Part shown: piece after piece, positions 36,480 to 57,208 of the stretch | Layout: every line of letters starts with the position of its first letter | Position numbering within the stretch: position 1 is the first letter of the stretch | Origin: Takakia lepidozioides | Taxonomy: Eukaryota > Plantae > Bryophyta | Reading direction: 5' to 3' | NCBI GenBank assembly: GCA_030704615.1 | Contig: CM060731.1 | Coordinates: 16,058,001 to 16,122,000, forward strand | Length of the DNA: 64,000 bases | Notes under the pieces: generated by a model | The model's database searches: none | What the model was told of the DNA's origin: nothing | The model's input: the letters and a program-made list of their open reading frames with translations, nothing else | Program-made: the position numbers and the translations under genes

Positions 36480-37392
36480 AAATAGGGTGGAAGAACGCGC
36501 ACTTCTGTAAGCATGATAAAGCAAAGTACATGGAAAGAGCTTCAAAAGTGATGGGCAGTATATCACTTTCTGTGAGCTGAATGCAGCATCAAACAGCAGC
36601 ATCGAGGCGACTGGAATCCTTGTTGCAGAGGAGGTTTTGACAGAGTGCAATGAACTGTACGCATGAAGAAAATTTGTCATTTATAGGGGTTGAAAGTTTC
36701 TGACCAGGGAACTTGGGGTCAATTTTCGCTGTAGGCACTAACACATTTCAATACAGGTGGACACCTATTTCTTCTACCTGAGACTTACAAATAGATTGCT
36801 CTTGCTTAGGGTAAGTGGGAATCAATATAGAAGTCTAATTGGTCCATCTTTCAGAACCTGAAATAGCAGTTTGAGGTCTACTTTTTCTTGCAAGCTGGTT
36901 TCTAGCCTGGCTGGGAATGGCCCATCAGAGGAGGAGGGCACAGTGTTTGACAGTCAAGGTAATCTAGGGGAAGCTAGTTATGTCTGTTGAGGGATTCTGG
37001 GAAGCTTGAAGTCAAAAGACTACTTTCGATTCCCTTGCATTGTTTCGAATGACGAGTGAGTAGTAATGACTAATGACTACAAATGGATGGTTCTTTTATT
37101 GATTTCTAAGCATTATCACTCAACCTGAGTGTTTGGCAGTGCAGTGTTAGGGAGTATTCTTTCACTCACCAAGTCACAAGAATGCACAAAGGCCCAGGCT
37201 AGCACACAATGAACCTAGACCTGTTGGTTTACAGGACAGTGAGAGCCACTGCTTATGACCCCTGACAAGCGTGTTCCAACCTGTACCACCTGCACGCAAT
37301 CCAGGTACAGTGCTGTTATAGAGCCCATGCATCCACAAGGATTCAAGGATTCTAAGAACTGGCCGTTGTCTCTAACGCCCTTAAAATTCAAT

Positions 37393-44537
<7,145 letters not shown>

Positions 44538-46009
44538 GCCCACCACTTCCACCTTCAGTTACTTTAATAATATTTGGTATGCTCTTTCAACTTTGCACTT
44601 GGCTGTCTGCAGCCACTCACATTGAAGATATGTACTGCCACCAAGTCTTGTACTCCCAATTCTTCTTATTAGAAGCTAGAGCAGCCTTGAAACGCGGAAT
44701 AACGAAACTCACTTGACCTAGATTGATTGGTATAAGCTAGATACCTTACAGTGACCCTGCTTCGCCATGCAGCAACACCACATCCCAGCTAAGAGCAGGC
44801 CAAAGGTTTTGTCCCCATCATTCACATATCAAGTTCTGACCAATGTCGCCAGACTGTATGAACTTTTTGGTCTGCAAGAACAGCAAAGTTCACTACAGCA
44901 ATGGTCAGCCTGACACTGCACTGGTTTGTTCCTGCTTACATCGAAACCCACAACGGGACGTGGTGCCAAGGCCACCAAAACAATCCGAAAGTATTTTGGG
45001 ACAGCTTCTTCTTCCTTGAATGTACCTGTTTTACCCGTAAGCAAGGACACTAGAAGTACGATACTCTTGGGAAACCTGGCACTTCATTCCGCACTTACAA
45101 TGCCTTAGGTAGGTGTCGTCGGAATTTCCCTCTGCAATGGCAAAATTTAATTGCGCACTCAGGCACGTAGATTGAATAGCAATGGCTTGGGGCTGTACAT
45201 CGGCTCATGTTGATCCTCTTTGCCAAATTTTGTACCCCCATAACGTCAATTCCAGCTAAAACCTTGAAGCAATCGTCTGGGTAGCTCTGGCCTGGATTTT
45301 GTATGGAGGAAGTTGAGAATCGGGGACCAGACACTGAGGACGAAATCACACGTACACAAAATTCCAAGTGCCCGCGAGCTTCCTCATGGACACGACGCCC
45401 ACATTTCTCAACCGAATCGCCTGATTCTTGTTGCTCTAGAATTATACTGAGCACAAAAAGCGAGGGGTCATATGCCCGAGCTACCAAACATATTAGTATT
45501 AGAAATGTGGCTGTGAGACATTGAAAAGGAGGAGGTGGAAGTCACCTCTCAAAATATGGCTTGCAAGATGTCCGATCTCATGCAAGACCACCACCACTGT
45601 CCCTTTCAACACCACCTCTTCCGAATGCCTGCCAAAGATTACTCCCCTACTCACAAAAGCTTCTCCCCCTCACCCTCTTGCAAGAGCTTCCGTCAGACAT
45701 AAGGGTATCAAATCACTCAAATTGCACTCTTTAATGCTTCCCACTACTCCACTCTGGGGACCACAATTGTCAAGCAAGGCAATTCAAGCTCTTGAATGCT
45801 TGAAATCTCCACTGTGATTTGTCCAAAGAGAGAAGAGAGAAGAGAGATCGAGACGGGCAGTCAAGCACCTGCCACCTTCATCTATCCTATTTCTCTCACA
45901 TTTACATCCATCTGAATTTCATCCGTCCGCCTATTCCCAAGACTTTTTTAAGAGAAAATATTATCGAAGGCCAAGGAAATATCTCCAAGAAAAAACTTGC
46001 GGAAAGGAC

Positions 46010-47371
46010 CAGTGTTGTACTGGTATGTGCCAATAGGCCGGGGTATGTGCACTGGTATGAGTAAGGGTATTGTAGAACATACCAGTTGGGTATGTCTTGG
46101 GGCATATACCCCAGCTATACCATGGACCCGGGTTTTGACCACTGGACCTACCTACCTACCTACCATACCAGTCTACTTTCATAGACCCGTATTGAGGATT
46201 GATGAACCCAAGCTAGCATGGGTATGTGTAATGATACAATAGGGGTAGAAGGTATGGCGTACAATGATCAGCTACAAGGTACAATATGCAGGATTTCTTC
46301 AGTTTTTGTCATCATGGCATCCAGCTTTTCTCCCATTTGTTACAATCCAGCCTTACAATACAAAGACCCTCACTAATTTATGAGCAATACAAATTAGTTT
46401 GCATGGGCATGTGTGATTGCAATTTTTTTTGCCTTTTGTATGTTGATCTCAATCTGGTTTTAATTTCACAGTATGATGACTGTTAGGGTATACCATACCA
46501 TTGCACATGCTCCCCCCATATGTCATTTGAGTTTTTGCCATACCCATGCCCGGACCAGGGTGTTTCAAAATTGGCAATACCCATACCCATTGTACCGTCC
46601 AGCGTCTTTTTTTTGGCGAATTTTCACCAAATGGCGACCTCAAAAAATAGAAAAGAATATTTCGTTCCACGTATTTTCATGGATGAAATCGCCAAATTTC
46701 TCCAAAAATAATAATAAAAAGGGATGAATTTGCCAAATATGGATGATACAGAGATTAGGCATATATTATGTTCATCCATTCAAATTAGGACAGAATCATC
46801 CACATCCATAATTGCATCCATTGTAGCCACTTGTGCTATTTTCCGAATTAACAAAAAAAAAACTCTGCTACCGTCCCTAATAATTATTAAAAACTAAACG
46901 AGTCGGTTAGGCACGTTTCTCAAACCATTTCCACATTAGGCATCTTCATGCTATGAAATATTCTGTTGCAAATTCCCTGTTTTTTCATGGATGAAATAGT
47001 CAAATTTCTCCAAATGAAAAATAAATTATGGATGAATTTGCCAAATATGGATGATATAATGGATTTTATGTACGGACATGGATGATTCTGTCCTAATTTC
47101 AATGGATGAACAGAATGTATGGCTATTTTTTGCCAAACTCTGTAGCCACTCGCGCTTTTTTTCAAATTCCAGATAAAAAAACACTGGTTTCCGTGCAATT
47201 AGGCCAAATTTTGAAAAAATCCCAAAACGCGTTAGGCACTTTCAATTTGAATTAATTATCACCTAAATGGTTGATAAGACGGTATAACCTACCCTGGCCA
47301 GTCCTAATCTACCCCAGCCCCAAGTTGGACCTACCAGTACATGTCAAAATGGACATACCAGTACAACACTG
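46010..47371. mobile_element. Non-autonomous hAT element upstream of PgiC
   Basis: 19-bp perfect TIR CAGTGTTGTACTGGTATGT; 8-bp TSD GAAAGGAC at 46002-46009 and 47372-47379. Confidence 0.92.
46600..46867. mobile_element. hAT MITE nested in 46010-47371
   Basis: Termini CAGCGTCTTTTTTTT / AAAAAAAAAACTCTG; near-perfect TSD GTACCGTC/CTACCGTC. A related, 5'-truncated copy lies at ~46980-47186. Confidence 0.65.
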
Positions 47372-47621
47372 GAAAGGACTCCCTGCATTGCTGTCTATTT
47401 CTGATGAGGCAACCCCTTCCGTATCTTTCTCTTTTTCTTAAAGTTGGATGGCCATGGGACCCATTTTTTATTTTCCTGTGAAACACAATATTTAGCTATA
47501 TATATTTATATTTTATATAAATATATTTATAACAATTTATATTTATATTTATATATTTAGTTATATATATATTGACATTCTACATAAGTTAGTAAGTATC
47601 CAGGGGCCTCTGTCCCCTGTT

Positions 47622-48333
47622 TTTTTTTTTTTTTATAGACAGTTTTAGAGAACATGGACGTGGCCCTGGAAACTTTATTAATAAGGTAAAGAAAAAATAA
47701 CCTTACAAAGAGCCATGAAGGCAGATGATTGAGGTTCCACTCCGAGCGAGAAACACATAAGGAAAGGAGAAAGTTCTAAGAGCCAAAGAAGATGGCAACA
47801 GCCAGCCGCTGCAAGAGATGCCCACATATTCTACAAAGCATTCATAACAACAAGAGCCTAAACTACAAGTTATTCCGAAGGCTTTGCCGAAAGAACAGAG
47901 AATAGAAGAGAGAATAGAACTACATGATATCCCTTTTCCTTTTAGGAGCCTCAAACGAGAGTTGAGCTTTCGATTTCCCCTTTCTGAGGCTACGCCAGTG
48001 CCTCCATTTGACTTCAGCTTCATCAGTCCAAAGGGAGAAATGCGAGCACTAACTGAGCTGCTAACAGGGTGGGAGACATTCTTCCCACTTGACTTTGGTA
48101 TCCGATATTCTCCTATAGAACACCCCACCTTTTACCCAAGAACTGTTGAAGGCAGTGATGAGCTGGGCTCTCCTCCTGATTCCACACTTTGGAAGAGCTG
48201 AAACAAGGGTCAACCAACATTTACAAGCTTCAGACATGAGGTCTGAGCCAAGTGCATAGCCTTCTGCAAACAGGGCATAGAATTTTGAAACATTACTGAA
48301 CATCTCATTTTCCAGGTTTGCCACAATATAGAA
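47622..48333 (-). mobile_element. 5'-truncated L1-type LINE insertion
   Basis: Poly(A) (T15 at 47620-47634 on +), AATAAA ~40 nt upstream on the minus strand, and 15-bp TSD CCTCTGTCCCCTGTT at 47607-47621 and 48334-48348. Confidence 0.85.
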
Positions 48334-49124
48334 CCTCTGTCCCCTGTTCTTTAAGAAAAAAGAAAAAAATTGAGTTATAGTTTTATTTTTCCATAAAGTT
48401 ATGGGTTATTGTACTGAGAATTGCTAAATATATTAAAGAAAGAATTTTCTTAAAAATTTATATTAATTTTTTCTCATTTTCCTTAAGGCCCCAGAGAAAA
48501 AAAAATTAAGAAGCGGCCATGGAAAAAATAAGGATATAGAAAGCATAAGCAACTCCGACCACAAGACTGAAGCTATGCAGCTTGTCTAAATAAACTAGGA
48601 GCCTACAACCCCCCCTCCAAAAAGCAAGACGAGAGATAAATATATCGCTCCGTAAACATGACGAAGCTTCTCAAAATTCAGGTGTGCCTTGATTTTGGAG
48701 TTTCAAGTTTCAATTCTTCTTGCTCAATTAATTTGATCGCAAACTGCAAACTGCGGTTTCCACCTAAGCGTGCAATACAATCTGGGACTCCGCTCCTTTT
48801 CAAAAAAACAAAAGAATTGCTGCAGAGGGAAAGCATTATCAAAGGAGGACACATGATACCCCCTGGGAAAAACCATAATAATTCTCTAAAACAGTATAAG
48901 ATTATCTACTTAAGAACAGATCATTAAAAAAAAAATCATTTCAATAAATATCGAGGGCTTCCCGGATCCCTTTCAAAAAAGAAAAAAGAAAAAAGAAAAA
49001 TCATAGTATGAAAGTATACAAGACAGTGTTAATAAATGGATGACTTTCATCCACAGGGGAGAAACAAAAAGAAAAGTAACTATTGGATTTACAGAAGTAA
49101 AAATGGAAAGGAATGGAGAGGAGT

Positions 49125-50398
49125 GAGGACTGTAGGTAAAAGTAAGAAAAAGTAAAGTTTGTTTAACGTCCAATGAATTTACAGAGCCTACTGCTCCAAC
49201 ACACAAAAAAGAAAGAAAAAGGAGGGGGGTGAGGACGGTAGGTAAAGTAAAAACAGTAAAGATTGTTTAACATCCAATGAATTTACAGACCGTACTGCTC
49301 CAACACACAAAAAAGAAAGAAAAAGGAGGGGGTGAGGACGGTAGGTAAAGTAAAAACAGTAAAGATTGTTTAACGTCCAATGAATTTACAGACCGTACTG
49401 CTCCAACACACAAAAAAGAAAGAAAAAGGAGGGGGGTGAGGACGGTAGGTAAAGTAAAAACAGTAAAGATTGTTTAACGTCCAATGAATTTACAGACCGT
49501 ACTGCTCCAACACACAAAAAAGAAAGAAAAAGGAGGGGGGTGAGGACGGTAGGTAAAGTAAAAACAGTAAAGGTTGTTTAACGTCCAATGAATTTACAGA
49601 GCCTACCGCTTCAACACACAAAAAAGAAAGAAAAAGGAGGGGGGTGAGGACGGTAGGTAATGTAAAAACAGTAAAGGTTGTTTAACGTCCAATGAATTTA
49701 CAGAGCGTACTGCTCCAACACACAAAAAAGAAAAAAAAAGGAGGGGGGTGAGGACGGTAGGTAAAGTAAAAACAGTAAAGATTGTTTAACGTCCAATGAA
49801 TTTACAGAGCCTACTCCCTCCTTTTTCTTTCTTTTTTGTGTGTTGGAGCAGTAGGCATTGGACGTTAAACAATCTTTACTGTTTTTACTTTACCTACCGT
49901 TCTTACCCCCCTCCTTTTTCTTTCTTTTTTGTGTGTTGGAGCGGGTGAGGACGGTAGGTAAAGTAAAAACAGTAAAGATTGTTTAACGTCCAATGAATTT
50001 ACAGAGCCTACTCCCTCCTTTTTCTTTCTTTTTTGTGTGTTGGAGCAGTAGGCATTGGACGTTAAACAATCTTTACTGTTTTTACTTTACCTACCGTTCT
50101 TACCCCCCTCCTTTTTCTTTCTTTTTTGTGTGTTGGAGCGGGTGAGGACGGTAGGTAAAGTAAAAACAGTAAAGATTGTTTAACGTCCAATGAATTTACA
50201 GAGCCTACTCCCTCCTTTTTCTTTCTTTTTTGTGTGTTGGAGCAGTAGGCATTGGACGTTAAACAATCTTTACTGTTTTTACTTTACCTACCGTTCTTAC
50301 CCCCCTCCTTTTTCTTTCTTTTTTGTGTGTTGGAGCGGGTGAGGACGGTAGGTAAAGTAAAAACAGTAAAGATTGTTTAACGTCCAATGAATTGACAG
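49125..50398. repeat. 104-bp tandem array (6 units) followed by 197-bp fold-back units (3 + partial)
   Basis: The gaggac(g/t)gtaggtaaag anchor recurs at 49125, 49231, 49334, 49438, 49542, 49646 and 49750, then at 49947, 50144 and 50341. The 197-bp units contain inverted copies of the 104-bp unit. Confidence 0.95.
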
Positions 50399-50513
50399 AA
50401 AGGTGCCTAGTGCCTACACTCAATCGACGGAGAGAGGGGCAGGCCTGCCTGCCTGTTCTTCTCTGCCACCCTCCCTGCCATCTCCGTGTCTTCTAAGCAA
50501 ACCCACACACTCA

Positions 50514-50525
50514 AGAGAGGGAGAG

Positions 50526-50570
<45 letters not shown>
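50514..50570. repeat. (GA)n microsatellite near the probable 5' end of the F-box/ankyrin gene
   Basis: Direct reading; a (CT)n(CA)n microsatellite also lies at ~53360-53425 in intron 3. Confidence 0.9.
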
Positions 50571-50572
<2 letters not shown>

Positions 50573-51469
50573 CAGGGGTAGCAGGCGGGGGAGGGGAGGG
50601 GAGGGGAGGGGCGGAGGGGAAGAACTGGAGGAGAGAGGGAGGAAGGCGGCCTCTTCTTCCTTCCGCCCGTGAGGCTGCGACTTGCACTCCTTTTTCTGTG
50701 GTCACCTCACGGGTTACTTCGAAGGCGGTATGCGTGTCTGTGTTGGGTTCTTCCAGACTCATTTGGGTTCATAAGATTGGTGGGTTTGTGGCTCGGTGAT
50801 GGTATGGTTGTTTATGCCCTCTGGAATCCAACGGGAAAATAGGTGTCGAAGCTAAATTCCTGAACCGGAAGAATCGCTGAGTTGAAGAAGGAGGACATCT
50901 CTGTGTGGATTACGATGGAAACTTAAGATTACGATGGATACAGGGCTGCACTGGAGGATGGTCCAAGTGCTGTAGTCGAGTGTGGCGCAGACCATCGTAG
51001 CCATTGGCGGATTCCGCTTTTTGTGATATGGGGCGGTGCTTCGTGAGCGATCCCTGCATGAGCTCTCTTCGTTTGCCTGCTGCACGCCAGTGTAGAGGGA
51101 TAGAGGCAGATTACTCTAACAAGCTTGGAACATGCTTGCAACCGACTTTCTTCCAGAGGCTGCTGCTACTGCTCGGTTGAATGAGCCAGTTGGGAGAGGT
51201 TTTTCAATCGTTGTGTTAATGCGAAGCGTCCATGGAACAGGGCTCATGGGATGCTTCAGTCGGTTGCAACTGACGTGACTTCAGCGAGTAAATTTCACAC
51301 AGATTTTACTGCCGATAAAGCCCATGGGAAGACTGAATATTTACCAAGGGAAATAATATAGCAGCGACATAGTCAGCTGTTGATCTGCTCCTTCAACTGT
51401 AAGAAACTTGCATACCTGTTTCAAGCGCGTAAAAACCTAATCACCCTCCACGCACAGCCACAAGCCATA

Positions 51470-54400
51470 ATGAAGGAAGACTTAAGTTCAATTGGGGTCT
51501 TAGAACCTCCAGAAGGTCTCCTGCAAGCATTAACAAGCAGAAGAGGAAAAGAAGAGGGAACACATATCACAGATCTACCTGTGGTGGTCTTGGGCTCCAT
51601 CCTGGCTCGCATTGAGGATCCTATAGACATCGTCGCGGTTTTGTGTGCTTGCAGACTGTTTTGGGCTCTTTCCTTGACTGCGCCTTTTCGCCTACGCCTC
51701 AGGCCACGCCAGTCGGAAGAGAGTCTTATCGTGGGGGGAAGCTGCGAAGACTCTGGCAGGTGTATTTCCTCTCAATTTCGACTATTGTTTTGGATTGCAT
51801 GTTCTTACTCAGTTGATAGGTAGGCGTTGCAGTGGAACCGATTAGCTTGGATGGCAATCACATCGTAGGCAAATTGGATCACAGGGTTCCTTTGGGGTGG
51901 GTCACAAAAGCAGATTGGAGAGGCTTAGATAATGACTTCTTCATGTCACAGCAGCAGACTACTTGTGGACATTGTCCACAATATAGCACTCAACTACAAA
52001 TCTTGCAAGACAGTAGACATCTAATTAAGTATCAGCCTTAAGTGCTACTTCTCCTGCACAGCGGGCTGATGTTGGGTTCTTAATGCTAAACCACCAGCCC
52101 TCATTAGGTGCTTGAGATTGTCATAGTGCTCTCATACAGGGGATGACAGTATGGCTACAGGGTTGATTGAGTGCTTGAGAAACGATACCACAGCATGTAT
52201 GGCTCTACCTTCTACCAATCTGACATTCAGATCCATAATGCAGCTAACAACCCAGGTTGACATTGTAGTGCTTACAACAGATGAACATAATTTGGCTACA
52301 GAGTGCACTGTTGATGCTCTTGACCTAGTACAGATATAAACTGGGGATCCACAGTTGCAAGATGACAAACAAGGAGATGCGTGAACACACATAAAAGGGA
52401 GAGGTAGGGACCAGATGTTCTCTGCCCTTTGCAAGACAATTGTTTGTGTGTGAAGAGAGAGAGATATAGAGATGTGTGCAGGTTGTTGCTCGCGGGCTGA
52501 CGGGGCAAATAACATTGGCAGGTTCAGCACACAGGCGGTGGGGCTATGGACCCGAGCTGCACTTTCAGGAATTCGGAGGCATATGCGTGCCACGCGTGAG
52601 CTTGATCTGGCAGGCTGTCCAATTATGGATGATGATGTGACAGCAGTGCTGGCAGACTTGCGGTGCTTGGAGCGGCTTATTCTTGATGGCTGCCAGAAAT
52701 TGTATGCTTCCTTTGCTACTCCCTATAATCTGGTGATGTTGGAGAGTAGAGTCATGAGTAGGCCTTTCAAACAAAGTTTCAATCAGTGCAGAACTTTTTT
52801 CAACAAATAGTTTGTCAGTCACTGCCATGGAGAGTCAGTCAAGTCTGCTCCAGCTCTCAAACCCTGCCTAGGTCCTTCTTTACCCTCTCTGAAGGGGATA
52901 AGGTTGGTGGGCATTACTCTTGCAAAAAGAATTGCCTTTACACACCCTGGAAATGTCTACTCTGGACACTGTTAGCTCTTATGGGTGAATGTGTGTTTTG
53001 TGAACAGAACATCTGCAGTTGCTGATGCACTGGCTGTCTCAGTGAGATCAGGGCCGCGAGCTCTAAGCCTCCAGCGATGTTATAGGCTGGGGCCTGCTGC
53101 AGCAGGCAACCTATTGGCAGCTGCTGCTGCTGACGACTCCCGATTGCATTGCATCTTGTTAAGCCATTTGGACAGGCTCGACCTGCCCAGGGAACCTCCT
53201 TTGTTGGATATCCCAATCAACCAAATTGAGAAGGAAGGTGCTAGTGTTGTAGAGTTTGCCAAGTCCATTGTGAGTGTGAGCTCAGGAGCAGGGTTGCGTG
53301 TGCTTGCTCTTCACAATTGTGGAAGCCTGGGATCCTTCGAGTTGGCTGCTGTGGTAAGACTCTTCTCTCTCTCTCTCTCTCTCTCTCTCACTCACTCACA
53401 CACACACACACATGCGTGCACACACAGCTAGAGACATTGGTTTAGTCTCTTCACAGCTTTTCATGAGTGAATGGGGGATAAACAACCACCTAATGTGCTT
53501 CCACACGGGGCACTTGGGTGTATCTAAGTAGGTTACATGGTTCCTAGATGAACTACAGTTTTAAAGGCGAGTCCCACTATTGGAGCTGCCATCCACAATG
53601 ATACCCAGTTGTGCTCTCTATTCTACCATTCCCCTTCCTCTCTCCTCTCTCTCACCCCAATCTTTTCTGTCTTGCCATTTCTCTCCATGGAAACTTTGTA
53701 TACAGAAACATTTCTAAATAGGCTCATGCTTGCTGGTCTATGCAAGTGCAACTGTTTTGCTAGCATTGTATCACATGCGTCCGGTAGGGACTTAGAAATC
53801 CCAGGGCTGGGTCTGTATGAGTGAAATAGAACATTGGTTATGTCTGGGGTTTGCAGAATGCCATAGTAATAGTCTTCCATATCTAAGGGGTGTACTGGTA
53901 ATATCGGGAAGGAGTCGTCATCCAGCTTTGCCGAGCTGTCACCTTAATGAATGCTGACTCTGCTATTATTTTTTCTGTCTGATGACATGAAGTTCATGTT
54001 GGTGGCAGGCATGCACATGTCCATTGTTGGAGCTGTTGCTCCTGGGGGGCTCAGTCGAGGGCCTGGGGCTTTGCAGGCCTGAAGCATTGCCTCAAGAGAA
54101 GGTAGCAGCAGCAGTGTCCGCCTTGGTTAGAACAACAGAAGCACTTCCAAGAATCCGTGTGCTTGAGATTACATTTTTCACCGCTGCAGTGACCCAAGCT
54201 GTGAGGTGTGTGTGCTTCAGCCCTTGGCATCTCTGTCTTCACCTAGTAGTTGGCTGCTCTCCAGGGGGCCTGCAAAGTTTCATCCTGTTGTGTTGGTAGG
54301 ATTCTCAAAAAATCTACCGAAGTTCTGAAGCAACCCTAAAATCAAACCACATAGAAGTCATGGTGGTGATTCGCAAAATGAGGAGGTAAGGATCTGATAC

Positions 54401-57208
54401 TCTTTGTAGGCTTCCAAGGACTGAAGAACTTAGATCAAAGATTGGCAGACTACAGCAAAGAGCAGCAGGTGTCCACATTCAGTTGACCCATTGTTACGGA
54501 GGAGAATATGTATTATGTCCCATAAATTCTGAAGTGTAGTAGTTGCAGTCGTATTTCCAATTACGTTGTATGACCTGCCCATCAGAGCTCAGATTAGTGT
54601 CTAATACGATGTACCGTCTGTTCAATAGGCTATATAAGCAAGTTGATCTTACAGCAACTTCAATCAGTTTCCTCTGTTGAAAACAATTTTTGTTGCTCAC
54701 AGGGAGCAGGACCAGAAAGGGATACAGGTGTGGGACTTCTGTGATGAGGGCTCAGTGGCAGCTGCGTCTGCCATGTTGGAGAATTTCAAGGTGATTGAAA
54801 GTGGGAAAACATGTTCACAGTACATCAGCAGACAATCTACAAGTGGCTCCAGGGGGCACTATTCCCTACCTGTTCATTTCAGCAGAACTGTCAGGGCTCA
54901 GTTTTGGCAGGATGGTCTAAACTTATCTGATTGCATTGATGGTGGTTCAATGTCTTATCAGAGAGAGTTTGGGGTTGCAAAAGCAGAGACTGGTTTCTAT
55001 CCTTCGCATACTGAAGACAAATGGGAGTCATTAGAGGAAGATGTATTACTTGCTCTACACGCGGCTGCCAACTGCTCTGATTCTCGCCGAAGGACTCCCC
55101 TACACGTGGCAGCAGCCCGTGGGGATGTCCCCATGGTAGCAGGCTTGCTTGCAATTGGTGCTGCTGCAAAGGGGACGAAAGATTCTGCAGGTGCAACAGC
55201 TTTATTTGTGGCAGCTGAGTGTGGCCACGCACACATCTGCGAACTACTGCTAAGAGAGGGTGCTGAAGTATTGGCCAGCAACAGGGCAGGAGAGACTCCA
55301 CTCTACATTGCGGCTCTAAGGGGTCACTCAGCATCTGTAGGGGTTATGCTGACCCACTGCCATGAGCGCGGGCTGAATTGGCAGGATGCTGATATCTATG
55401 GTATGCCCCTTTTACCCCACATCGTACCTTCTTTTCGGGGTCACAATGTTTCGAAAAGCTGGGCAAAACTGGTTTCCTATCCTATTCCAGGACTTCCATG
55501 CCCGTGCCTTCCGGTCAGCCATCGCAGCAGGGTGACCCCCACCCATGTCTGGGAGCCGACCGGTGGACACCTGCACGGGAGCCAGGTGGGATCCCTGCCT
55601 TTTAACCCTGTTCCTGTATTGCAGTTGGGAGATTGGTGGTCGTAAGTTCATGTATTTTGCATGGAACTAAGGCTCTTCACCCGTCAAATCTTGAATCTGG
55701 CGACCTTATGTGTTTGCTCCGAAGAAGAAAAGATTCTGCTAGAAATGATGTACTGTGTTGTTCATCATCCATGTTAGAGCCCCATGTCCATCTACAAAAC
55801 TTGGGGCTGCCAGTTTTATGTGGTTCCGCTCTCATGCACTAGTATGTGAGCATGGAAGCTCCCACATGTAGAGTGTCCAAGCTTGCTGGCCTCACACCCC
55901 AATCCTCTACACTTCCATGGCCATGATTCTTTGCAGCTTTCTCCTGCCATGATTGCCTTGGGGCTTGTCCTCAAATCATGCCACCTGTTCAATCCATCAA
56001 TCTTCTTTGGTGGATGAGTAGTGTGTGGACCAAATTTAGACCCGCTAGCAGCGCGGCTGGCAGCCCCATTCATGCCTGAAAATACGCCACCAAGTCCTTC
56101 ATCAGTGCAGCAATGTTCCAAACTGTAAACCATATTGAGGTGAGTAACAAGGTGATTGGCGGATGAAACAGGTGATGGATGGACCCCTCTCATGGCAGCC
56201 GCTGTTGCAGATCGGCAAGATGTGGGAAAGGTGTTGCTCTGGGCTGCAGGAGCTGACTTGGGCATGGGGCCTTCCCACACGAACGAGCCTGTAGGTGACA
56301 AGAGGACTGACACTTTTCAAGAAGAGAGTGACAAGCTCAACGGCTCACATTTGTCAATGAGGAGAAATGACACAGGCAAGGAAGGGCTGGAAGGTACTAC
56401 CTGTGCACCCACCCACTTGAAGAGTAATTCCAGAAAGATTTCTAGTAAGAGTGGTAGAGAAGGGAAGTTGGCCCTCGCTATGCGGCCTCCACCTCAGCTG
56501 CTCGATGCGCAAAACCGCTATGGGCAGACTGCGCTTCATATAGCAGCTCGAAGAGCATCAGTATGGTTTGTTGTGAACCTCCTGAGATCAGGAGCTTCCT
56601 TGGAGGTGAGAGATGCATATGGCATGTGTGCTGTCGACGTTGCAATCCGCCAAAACCACACTGTTATTATTGACATCTTGAAACAGTGGGAGTCCTTTCA
56701 ACAGAAAAGGGTCGATGGCCCTTCTGCTGCGGCAGCCCGGCTGTCTCCAGCTGCATTGGACAAACCTGCTCCTGATATGGTAAAACGGTCCTCGAAATCG
56801 AAAGTAGTGTGGGTACCGAAGTCTGCCTCTCCCGAATCTGCAAATGCACTAACAGACCAACCACGCTTTCCTCCATCCTCAGATATTATTCAGGATCCAA
56901 GCTGCATTAGTCCTGGTTTCTGTACCACCGTGAGGGAGGATTCGGAATGTTGTCTGAAGGGCACCTTGGCTGGAATCGAAGGGTTATGGTCCAAGATTTC
57001 AAGCGGACATGCAGTCAGTGCAGGACATGGGTTAGGTATTTCGGACAGGAACAGCGTTGTTGAAAATAATATCTTAGGACTAATACAAGAAGCACGGTTG
57101 AAGGGTGACAGTAGAGAGGCTCATGGAGGCAACAAGCATTATTGGAGAGGGAGGGGAACACGCCGGCGCGTCTTTCCTGATAGTCGTGTTATTTCATCTA
57201 ACCCTTGA
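51470..57208 (+). CDS. F-box + leucine-rich repeat + ankyrin-repeat protein (6 coding exons)
   Basis: Phase-compatible GT-AG exons: 51470-51759 (F-box ITDLPVVVLGSILARI...VLCACRLFW), 52522-52701 (ELDLAGCP...LERLILDGCQKL), 53008-53353 (LSLQRCYRL, LRVLALHNC), 54009-54205, 54703-55400 (RTPLHVAAARG, ATALFVAAECGH, ETPLYIAALRGH) and 56172-57208 (GWTPLMAAA, GQTALHIAARR). Confidence 0.85.

Noticed and set aside
33851-36680. Antisense and alternate-frame ORFs over the PPR gene
   Set aside because: They are shadow ORFs repeating with the 303-nt PPR period and show no independent evidence.
47450-48524. Additional element bounded by GGCCATGG direct repeats
   Set aside because: No convincing terminal inverted repeats could be read.
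49125-50398. CRISPR-like array
   Set aside because: There are no unique spacers, the units repeat in full, the context is eukaryotic, and no cas genes are present.
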